Shown: positions 20,793 to 30,951 of the stretch, piece after piece
Layout: each line of letters starts with the position of its first letter
How positions within the stretch are numbered: the stretch's first letter is position 1
Source: Fonticula-like sp. SCN 57-25
Lineage: Eukaryota
Length of the DNA stretch: 38,989 bases
Direction of reading: 5' to 3'
NCBI GenBank assembly: GCA_001724245.1
Contig: MEDX01000032.1
Span: 1-38,989, forward strand
Translations under genes and position numbers: made by a program
Notes under the pieces: generated by a model
The model's database searches: none
The model's input: the letters and a program-made list of their open reading frames with translations, nothing else
Told to the model about the DNA's origin: nothing

Positions 20793-23639
20793 TCACCTTC
20801 CCGATATGGCAAAAAGCATATTTGCCGCCGTTTGCGCGAGCGGCGTCGGCGCCATTGCCAAACTGAGCAGCAAATCCTCATAGGGCTCAATGATCTGCGC
20901 ACCAATCCGATCGCCGCAAAGCGCACCAATCGCATTCGCCGCCAATGCCGCGTGTTCAAGTGACGTAGGCACTCTTAATACCAGTGAGGCCACGTGCATG
21001 AGCAGAGGAATGGCAAAAGCAGTGCGGGAAATTATGGCGGGAAATGGGGCTGGGTAGGCGCAGAGCGCGCATAGACCAATCAGAGCGGCTTCATAGGCAC
21101 GTGAGTCGCGCGAAAAGACACTGTCGGCGACACGTGGCCATAAAAAGGCGCATAAGGTGCCCATGAGGTGCGCCACGAGGCGCTCTTTTTCGTCCAATGA
21201 GAGGCCGTCGGATATGTATGGCTTGTTTTCGTGGAGTAGAATGAGTTGTGCTAGTGATTCGATCGCGCAGACATTGACCCATGGCGAGTGCTGATTGGTG
21301 GGAGAAGATGATGTAGAAGGTGAAAAAGGGGGTGAAAAAGGGGTAGGGTCGTTTAGGGCGTCGCGGACAAGGCGCGAAAAGGGGGTTTCTATCGAGGGAT
21401 CGGCCCAATTGGATGACAAAAAGACGCGAAGCGCATCCGAAGCAGTCGTTCTTGATGACGTCATCGTGGCATTTGAAGTATCTGATGACGTAATTGATGA
21501 CGTAATTGATGACGTAATCACATTATTCAATGATGTATTTTCTTCCTTGACTTCCTTGATTGATACTGACGCACTTGAATCCCCTGCCTCCACCTTGATA
21601 CCAACCTCATTGGCCAATTTCGATGACGTGGACAATGCTGATTGGCCACGCAAAAGCTGCGCGCGAACGACCGCCGAAATGCTGACAAGGCCATTCAAAA
21701 GACCCGCGGCAAGTTCGGTGGAACGCAATCGAAGATCGCCCGCGAGCAAGCTTGATAGGTGAACGGCGGCGTCACGATGACAGGGGCGTGAACACGTGAC
21801 CTCGCGAAGCAGAAGCCAAGGAAGGACCGCGTGATTGGCCATGCGGGCGCGGTGGTGGCGGGAAAGTGCGAGGTTGCGGAGAATGAGCCAGCAGGACGAA
21901 ATTATGCCTTCAGTCGCATCGCCAAACACATCTATTGGAAGAAAAATGAGGAAGAAAACGTGTTAAAAGTGAGAAAAATGGTTGAAAAAAGCATGAAAAT
22001 GACACAAAATGACACAAAAAAGTGCACAAATTTCGATGAAATTGACCAAACAAGGCACGAAATGTCACAAATTACCATCAAATTCACCATAAAAATACGC
22101 ACCCTTTACGCCTTCCTTCTCCAATGACACCAACGGTGACATCAGCAAATACTTTGACGGCGCCCTCTCCTCACTACACCCCTCTCTCCTTCCCGCCAAA
22201 ATCTCCACGACCCCATCCAACAACGCCGGATTTCCACCAATCGGAATCTGTTCCGCCGCCGCGTCATTCGCAGACAGCACCGTCATCACATTCAGCGCCC
22301 ACGTGACATCCACAAGCAGACTCGATCGCAGGCACAAACCAACGCGCGCATAGCTCACGTGACCAAGCGACTCTGGGCGGATCGCCGACAGCGACGACGT
22401 GGTCGCGCGAACAAGAATGGAGGCCGCGTCCAATGGGATGCCGACGGAAGGTGCTGACGTCATCGCTTGGGAGAAGAGCGTGCTCAAGTTGTGTTCGGGC
22501 GCGGCGGGCGGCGCAGCAGAAGAGGAAGAAGTTGTTATAGAGGCGCCTCGGCGGCCGCCGGCGGGCGCGGCGGACGAGCGCGGCGGGGGGGCGCCCGCGG
22601 CGGCGCTCATGTACTGGCTGTACCGCGGGTGGTTCTGGCCGGGCGGGCGGCCGGGCGGGCGCGACGGCGGCTTTGGCGATTCAGTGGGCGCGCGGGAAGT
22701 GGCAGGAGAAGAGGAAGAAGTGTGCGGCAGGGGGCGCTGAGAAGGGCTCCAAAACTGCTGCTGCTGCTGAGCCTGTTGGAGTTGGTGAAGCTGCTGCTGG
22801 GAAAGCTGCTGGTGGCTCGGTAGCATTATCGTGTTCTGCTGCTGAGTTTGCTGCTGAGCTTGAGCTTGTTGCTGGAAGCGCTGCTGAAGAATTTGCTGCT
22901 GCTGAATCTGCTGCTGCTGCTGCTGTTGGGCTTGAATTTGGGGTTGTTGAGCCTGCTGCTGACGAGCTTGGAATTGTTGCTGCTGCTGGGCTTGAAGTTG
23001 CTGCTGCTGAATGCGTGCTGCTGCTTGGGCGTGCGCAAGGGCGGTGGCGTTCTGTGCTGCCGGGATCTGCGCGCCCATCCGCTTCTGCATGGCCATATAA
23101 TGCTTCTGGGCCTGGAGCTGCTGCTGCTGCTGGAGGGTTTGCTGCTGCAGCATCTGCATCTGCTCGAGAGAGAGGTGGCCAAGAGAGGGGCGCTGCGGCG
23201 GGTGGCGGGCAGCGGCGACGCCAGCGGGACGCGGCGAGGCGACACGAGGGGGGGCGATCTTTGCAGGCGCGCTGCTGCTGCTGGTGATGCCGCCAGTGAT
23301 GCCGCTGCTCGTTGGGCTGCTTGTTACAGTCATGTCTTGCCTGAGGAGCATCTCGTGCACTTGCTGCTGCAGCGCGCGCTGACGGCTCTCGACCTGCTGG
23401 AGCTGCTGCGCGGTGGATTCAGTCGCGTCGCGCGGCTGCGGCGCCGTCGTGATGGGCGCATCGGACGGGGAAGGCGGCGAAGCCGAAGATGCGGAAGAAG
23501 TGTCGGCCGTCGGCGGGGCCGATGCCGGCGCGTCTATTGAGGAGGGGTCGTTAGGCGTCTGCGTGATCGAGTCGATCCACGCTTGCTCATCGCTCGCAAA
23601 GAGCGGATCAAGGACAGGGCCTGACAACCCTTCGGTCAT
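20793..23639 (-). CDS. SWI/SNF ARID1/Swi1-like subunit (Q-rich N-terminus plus BAF250_C-like ARM region), no ARID domain seen; intron 22102-21932
   Basis: YARVGLCLRSSLLVDVTWALNVMTVLS and CWLILRNLALSRHHRARMANH resemble ARID1/Swi1 C-terminal motifs (LxSGLxxExxWAL; ILRNLS). Phase-1 GT-AG intron links the two ORFs. Confidence 0.7.
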
Positions 23640-23887
23640 GTCGCCCGTCCTGCAGGAAAATTAAGACGCCAAAACGCCGCTCTAGCGCTGCGGCCGAGGC
23701 AAGTCGGCGCGGCTGGATTAAAAATAGGAAAGAAAAGACCGCTTCCGGGTGCCTAAACAGCGATGGAAGGGCGTTCGCGCGCGCGGCAGGTGCCCGCCAG
23801 GGGATCGAGCGTTGCAGCAACGCACGTTCGCGCTGGCAAAGTGTCACTTTTGATGACCATCAGATCGTTTTTGATGGTCATCAGCGA

Positions 23888-23927
23888 TTTGGCGCCAAAG
23901 CAAACGCAGGCACATTTGGCGCGCAAA
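23888..23927. promoter_or_regulatory. Paired E2F-type sites in the ARID1-like/MSH2 bidirectional promoter
   Basis: TTTGGCGCCAAA (23888-23899, palindromic) and TTTGGCGCGCAAA (23915-23927) just upstream of the MSH2 ATG. Confidence 0.55.
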
Positions 23928-23959
23928 CCACCCAGACGGGATCAGCATCAGCGCGGCAA

Positions 23960-26900
23960 ATGTCTGGAGATCACGAGGACGTCGAGGATGAGGGGATGGA
24001 GGTAGAGGAGAGCAACAAGGCCCCCACGCTCGTGCTTGACAAAAAGGCAGAGTCGTCGTTCATTCAGGCTTTCCGGGATCTTCCCGCCAAGGTCGACGAC
24101 ACGATCCGCCTCTTTGAGCGGAGCGACTTTTACACCGCGCACGACGATGACGCGCATTTTATCGCGCAGCACGTCTTCAAGACGACGACCGTCATCAAGC
24201 AGTTGGGCGGCGAAGGTTCGCGCGGTCTCGCAGGTGTCTGCATGTCGCGCATGCAGACGACATCCTTCCTCCGCGAGATGCTGCTCGAAAAGCAAAAGCG
24301 CGTCGAGGTCTACGTGATGGACCGCTCCAAGAACCGCTGGGTCGTCAAGCAGCGTGTACGCACAAACATTTTATTTTTATTGTACTTACTGTTCATTTTA
24401 CAGGGCTCGCCAGGCAATCTTCAGGCCTTTGAGGACATTTTGTTTTCGTCGGCATCGACGAGCGAGTCGGCCGCATCCCCCGTCGTCATCGCGATCAAGG
24501 TCGGCGCGCAAGCGGCCGACGGCACGCGCCCCGTCGGCGTCGCCTTTGCCGACGCCACCGCCCGCTCGATCGGCATGTCCTCTCTCACCGACACTGAAAC
24601 CTTTGCCGCCCTCGAGTCGCTCGTCGTCCAGCTTTCCGCGCGCGAGTGCCTCCTCCCCGAGGTCGCCTCTGACGATTCCGCCGACGCCTACACGCACAAA
24701 AAAGTGCTCGCTCTTCTCGACCGCTGCGGCGTCGTCGCCACCCCCACCAAGCGCTCCCTTTTCAACACCAAAAACGCCGAAGCCGACCTCTCGCGCCTCC
24801 TCCGCACGCCCGCCGCCCTCAACGTCGCCGCCCACACGCAGCAGTCGCTCGCCTGCGCCGCCGCCCTCGTGGCCTTTCTCGACCTCATGTCGGACGACGC
24901 AAACCTCGGCCGGTTTGCACTCTCTGAATTCGACGCGACCGCCTTTATGCGCCTCGACGCCTCTGCCGTCAAGGCGCTCAACATTCTGCCGCCGCCCGGC
25001 GTCCCCGCCAACAGCACAAGCTCGCTGTACGGCCTTTTCAACCGCTGCCAAATGGCGCAAGGCAGCCGCACACTTTTGCGCGTCTTGAAGCAACCTCTTG
25101 TCGACGTGGCCGCCATTGAAGCTCGCCAAGACATTGTTGAAGCCTTTTTCTCCGACGCCGAGCTCCGCACCGCCGTCCGCGACGAACACCTTCGCCGCAT
25201 CCCCGACCTTTCCCGCCTCGCCAAGCGCTTTGAGCGCCGCCGCGCGACCCTTCAAGACACTGTCCGCCTCTACCAAGCCATTGCAGTCCTCCCCGCGCTC
25301 GCCGACGCGCTTTCCCGCCACGACGGCTCGCACGCCGCCCGCCTTTCCTCCACCTACACTGCCCCAATCAAAGAGTGCGCCGAAGCCCTCGAGCGCTACC
25401 AGCAGCTCATCGAGACCACCGTCGACCTCGAGCGCGTCCGCGACCACGAATTTGTCGTCCGCGCCGAGTACGACGAAGCGCTCGCTGCCCTCGGCGAGCA
25501 GCTCGCCCAAATGCGCAAGCGCGAATTCCCGCGCATTCTCAGCAAGGCCGCCGACGACCTCGGCCTCGAAGCGCACAAAAAACTAAAGCTCGAGCACAGC
25601 GCCGTGCACGGCCACCACCTTCGCGTGGCGCGCACCGACGGGTCAAAGTTGCGCGGCAAGCCGCTCTACACTGAGCTCAGCACGCAAAAGCAGGGCGTGC
25701 TTTTTACGACGCGCGAGCTGCGCGCGGTCAGCGAGCGGTATGAAGACGTGTCACAAAAGTACGCGTCGGCGCAGGCGGACGTTGTCAAGCAGGTGATTGA
25801 TGTGTGCGCGTCGTACTGCCCGGTGATTGAGACGCTCGGGGAAGTGCTGGCGATGATGGATGTTATGGCGGCGTTTGCGGATGTGGCGGCGCACGCGCCG
25901 GCAGAGTATGTGAGACCCAAGGTGGTGGGGAAGGAGAGTGGCGAGGTGACGTTGGTGGAGGCGAGGCATCCGTGTATTGAGGCACAGGATGGTGTGGCAT
26001 TCATTCCAAACGACATTGCTTTGAGTCACGCTGGATTTGGTACGCGTTGATAATAGTTTGTTTTGGGAGGGCTGTGTTTTTTTTTGCAGCATTTGTGACA
26101 GTCTTTTCATTGATTTTTGATTGTTTTTGACTGTTTTTGACTGTTTTTCAATGACGTTACACTGTTTTCCACTGTTTTTTTGCATTTTCCCACACCTTTT
26201 CCCACCCTTTTTTCTTTTTCCCGCCACTTTTTCCTTCTTTCCCAAACCGTATTCTGACCCTTTTCCGATAGATGTTGCGCTGGTAACTGGCCCCAATATG
26301 GGCGGCAAATCCACTTTTATCCGCCAAATCGGCGTTCTCGTCCTTCTCGCCCAATGCGGCTCATTCGTTCCCGCCACTTCCGCCACAATTTCCGTCCGCG
26401 ACGCCATCCTCGCCCGCGTCGGCGCCGGCGACAGCCAGCTCCAAGGCGTCTCCACCTTCATGGCCGAAATGCTCGAAGCAGCCGCCATCCTTCGCACCGC
26501 ATCACGTGACTCGCTCGTGATCGTGGACGAGCTTGGTCGCGGCACTTCGACGTATGACGGTTTTGGCCTTGCTTGGGCCATTGCAGAACACCTCGCGAGC
26601 GCCATAAAGTGCACTGCCCTTTTCGCGACGCACTTTCACGAGCTCACAGCCATGGCAAACGAACATAGTAACGTGCAAAATTTGCACGTGACCGCGCACG
26701 CCACAGAAAAAGACATTACATTGTTGTACAAGGTGCAGCAAGGCCCGTCGGATCAGTCGTTTGGTATCCACGTGGCCAAGTTGGCGCACTTTCCGGACAC
26801 GGTTGTTGCGCTGGCCAAGCGAAAGGCGGATGAGCTGGAAGATGAAAGTGGCGGGAAAGTGAGGCGCGTTGAGGCGAGTGAGGAGGAAAGAGAGGAGGCG

Positions 26901-27041
26901 GATAGGGAAATGGAAGAGTTTTTGAAGAGGGTGGCGGCGGTGAAGAATGAAAAAGAGTTGCCGGAAAAGGTCAAAGTGTGGGGGGAGGAGCTTAGGAAGA
27001 GGAATAATCCGGTTATTCAGAGTATTTTGGCGGAATTGTAA
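23960..27041 (+). CDS. MSH2: DNA mismatch repair protein MSH2; introns 24356-24403 and 26040-26271
   Basis: [59 protein letters not shown], Walker [62 protein letters not shown]. Confidence 0.97.
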
Positions 27042-27279
27042 GAAATTGTAGTAATAAAACGTCATTTTTCAAGTAGTATTGATGAAAAATATAGTTTTTT
27101 TTGTTTTTTATTGCACTATTTTGCGTTCTTTATGTTCATTTTTGCTCACTTTTCCATTATTTTCTTCAATCTGTCGCAGTTTGCAGTTTGCAGTTGATTC
27201 CCGCCAAAATCGCCTCAAAGCATCAGTGCCTGCGGACGAGGCCATGCGTTGAGTAAAGCCCTGGCTGTAGTGGAGAAGA

Positions 27280-28032
27280 ATGTATCAGTTTGAGGACGCG
27301 TTTGCCACTGAGGAGGATGTCGCGACGCTGATGCCGGGATGCTGGCTGAACGATGCCGTCATCAACTTTTACATGGCGTACGTGCGCATGCGAAGAGGGT
27401 GAATGTTGACGGCCGAACAGGTATGCCGAAAAGTCGTTTGATGATCCGCGCTGCGCATTTGTTTCGCCGTCCGTCGTTCAACTAGTCCACCTCAGCAACG
27501 ACGGTACATGTTTGTGTACACATGCTTCAGTCTAACGCGCGATCTAGATGGGCTGAATAGCGCGCTTGTCGGCCATCTGTCGTCAAAGTCGTTTGCTTTT
27601 CTTCCTGTAAATAACGCATCTTCGTCCGCCGCGCTCGCCGGCACTCACTGGTACGTTTTATTTTCATTCTCTTGCTGCTCACACTACTACAGGAGCTTGC
27701 TTGTGTGCGACGTTTCAGCGCGTCGCTTCCTTCACTTTGACTCTATGAATCACATGAACCGATCGCCCGCCGAGCGGATCGCGTCGTCGATCGCGTCGTG
27801 CCTCTGGGGCCGCCGGTCATCTGCGCCCGTGATCATGTCGGCATCGCCTCAGCAGCGCAATAACTCGGACTGCGGCATCTTTGTCGTCGAGTTTATCGAG
27901 CAGATCGCGCGGCAGATCAAGGACGACAAGCGCGATCTCGCCGTCAGCGACGGTACATTGAGTTCTGCGGACAGGCGAAAGTGGCTTTTCGACATTATTC
28001 GACAATTTCCTTGTACGAAACACGAAAAATAA
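27280..28032 (+). CDS. SENP8: NEDD8-specific protease SENP8/NEDP1/DEN1 (peptidase C48); 4 exons, start tentative
   Basis: CWLNDAVINFY, FLPVNN...GTHWSLLV...FLHFDSM, PQQRNNSDCGIFV: catalytic H-D-C and oxyanion Q in a short stand-alone C48 domain. Confidence 0.87.
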
Positions 28033-28259
28033 CCTCTTTTTGTGCATGTTTTATGCGTATTTAAAAGGGATTATCTCTGAGTTGCCGGCCGAGCCATGCC
28101 TGTTGACTTCGTTTATATTTCCCGAGAGCCTTTTCAATTATGTTTTCAGTGTCTTTTCCTTTCCTTTCACCCTCTTTTCTAACGCATTTTCACAGGTAAA
28201 TGACCTCTTCATTTCGCATATTAATACACTACACATATCCCCTTTCACCTCACATGTGC

Positions 28260-30539
28260 TCACACGGCCGACTCCTCGACCAACCTGACATGCGCCATCG
28301 GCACCATTCCCTCCTTGCCATTCAGCTCGGCAATCCACCAGCCATCGTCCAGCCCTTTTACACCATATTAGCCCATCATAAACAAAAGCAATAGAGCGCA
28401 CCTTCTGTCTGAACAATCTTCATCGTATCGCCCTTTCTAAACATGAGCTCGTCATCATAGCCAGGCTCGCTGTTGTGCAGCGCCACCGCCAACCGACCAA
28501 TAAGCGACGACACTTGACGCTCAACCTTGTGTTCAGCGGCCACGTGGTCATGTTCAGTAGTCACGTGGTCATTGTCAGCAAAAGTTTGTTCAGCCTGATC
28601 TTGAGCCTGATCTTGAGCCTGATCTTGAACCTGATCTTGAACCTGATCTTGAGCGTGATCTTGAGGCTGATCTTCAGTCACTTGATGAGTATCAGCACCT
28701 TCATGGTTATCACCCTGATGACCATCAGCAGCTCCTTCATGGCCATCAACAACTGCCTTTGGCGGCGTCCAAAGCGGAATGACCGGCTCTGCCTCTGCGT
28801 CGGCCGCCTCTTCCTCGTCGGCCCCGCCGGCATCTTCGTCATCATCTTCGTCATCTTCGTAATCTTCGGTAATGTCCACGTAACGGCACGGAAAAATGCC
28901 TTCCTTTCCGTCGCGTTCGCGGCGGCCCAGCCAATGGCCGTTGGCCGGTCGGTCAATGACGAGGATGATTTCGTCCTTTTGGATGTGCAGGCCGTCCTCG
29001 TCGTAGGCGTTGGGGGCGAACTCGCGCGTGCAGACGGCGCGGGCGACGGCGGAGCGGAGGGAGGAGGCGGAAGAAGAAGTGGCGGGTTCGGCGGTGGCGC
29101 GCATCGGTGAAGAGGCGGCTGAAAAGTGTGTCAGAGAGCTGGAAAAGTGGCAGGAAAAGTGGCAGAAAAAGGAGAGAAAATGCACAGAAAATGAAAGAAA
29201 TGCGACACAAAAAGCAAAAAATAGTCATAAAATGAACAAAAAAGAGTCATAAAATGAAATAAATACAACGTAAAATACATAAAACAGTCATGAAATGTGC
29301 CATTTTCCCCTTTCCCTTTAGTCCACATACCCTTTGGGTCAGGGAGCCTTGACTTTGTAGCGAGCTGCAGGTGGTACATCCACCTGTCCATAACCACCGG
29401 GCTGTCTGCCGACAAAAAGTACGTCCTTGCGCCCTGCCCCGCCACCTTGAACCCATTGGTCATGATCTTTGTCGCGGTGGACACTTCGCATCCCGGCATG
29501 CTGATCTTGCCGAGCGCCGCCTCCTCATCAGGCGTCTTGAAATAGTACACGCAAAAAGTCTTTGTGAGCACGAACCACCGCCGTTTCCACGACTTTACGA
29601 CTTCGCCCTGCTTTGTGAGCCAGCCACTGAGCACCGGGTCTTCCTGCGCGAGGCTGCGCGCCGACGGCATCGGCTCGGGCGTCCCGGGGCCGAGGCCGAT
29701 CGACGAGCTCGATGAGCTCGGGCTGATCTGGGGGACGGCGGCGGCGGCGGCGGCGGCGGCCTTGCGGCGGGGGGCCCACGAGCGCGCGCGCGCGAGCATC
29801 GCCGTCGGCGACGAGATCGAGCCAAAAGTCTGCTTGCGGGGGGCATCAGATGGCGCGGCATCGGGAGTGGCGCCGATCGGGGGGGCGGAGAGGATCGGCG
29901 CGGCGGGCTGTGCGGCGGGTTGGGGCGGCGTGGGGATCGTGCGAGAAATGACGGAGCGCGGCACCCAGCCGGTGAGGCCGGGGAGATGCGCGTGCTCGGC
30001 GTAGATCCACTGGCTGGCATCGCGCGTCGTGGGCGAGGGAGGGGGGATGATGAAAAGCTCATCGTTCTCAGTGACGGGCATCTCGTCCGCATCGTCAGAA
30101 GACCATGTGGTCGCCACCTAGGAAAAGAAAGAGAGCGCGTAAGAAGCCGCAACAAAAGGGAAAAGATGGCGCACGAGGCGGCGGAGGCGGCTGCCAGGGC
30201 TGGGCGGCGGCGACGAAACAGTGCGAAGCACGTCAATCTGAGTCATGAGAATGCGCTTGCCGTTCGCTTCCGTGATGCCCATCGATGACATATTCGCGTC
30301 CGTCAGCGTAAACAGATGCACGCCGTCAATCTCATTGTCTACAGAAAAGGCAAGATGAGCGCATCGGACGTGGCGCCCCATAGTGTAAACACACCTTCAA
30401 AAACAGGCGCATGCACAGCAAGGCCAATGTCCTTGAGCCACGCGCACACCTGCGACACACTCCACCCTACTTGCATGTTAGAACACGCACAGCACCCATA
30501 AAAGCGAGAAACAAGGAACGTACGCGGCGCGTCCTCCAT
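28260..30539 (-). CDS. Signalling adaptor, SAM-SH3-PH-SH3-SH3; 6 exons
   Basis: SAM: WSVSQVCAWLKDIGL...NEIDGVHLFTLT. SH3: DEMPVTENDEL...GWVPRS. PH: GWLTKQGEVVKSWKRRWFVL...MDRWMYHL. SH3: LHIQKDEII...WLGR...GIFPCRYV. SH3: ELMFRKGD...DGWWIAELNGKEGMVPMAHV, then TGA at 28262-28260. Confidence 0.85.
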
Positions 30540-30951
30540 GATCTGCAAGTGCCCCAGCGGGTCAGCGGCCTTCCCACAGCTGTTTTGGTGGCCAAGGGGT
30601 TGGACGCCTCTGATTGGTCAATCAAGCATGTCTGATCATGTCAATCGGCGCGCCAAAGTCTCGAGTCGCCCATATGATATCTTTTATTGAAAGCCCCCGA
30701 AAACAGCACGAAAATGATAGTTTTTGATCAAATAATAGATAAAAGAATCATATTGTTGCATTTATATAGTCAAAATTGATATGGCCATATTTCCATAGTA
30801 CATTATAAATGTGTAAATTTGGTTCAACTTTGATCAAATTTTGTTATCGTTTATGTATCTACATTGGAGCATCCAAACATTGTAGTATGAACACGTTCAA
30901 ATGTAACGCGTCGCATGAACATGTACAAAAAACATAATTCCCTTTTCCTTT

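Noticed and set aside
24398-26614. Long antisense ORFs (392 and 287 aa) opposite MSH2
   Set aside because: Expected from high GC at third codon positions of the sense gene; no independent domain signal.
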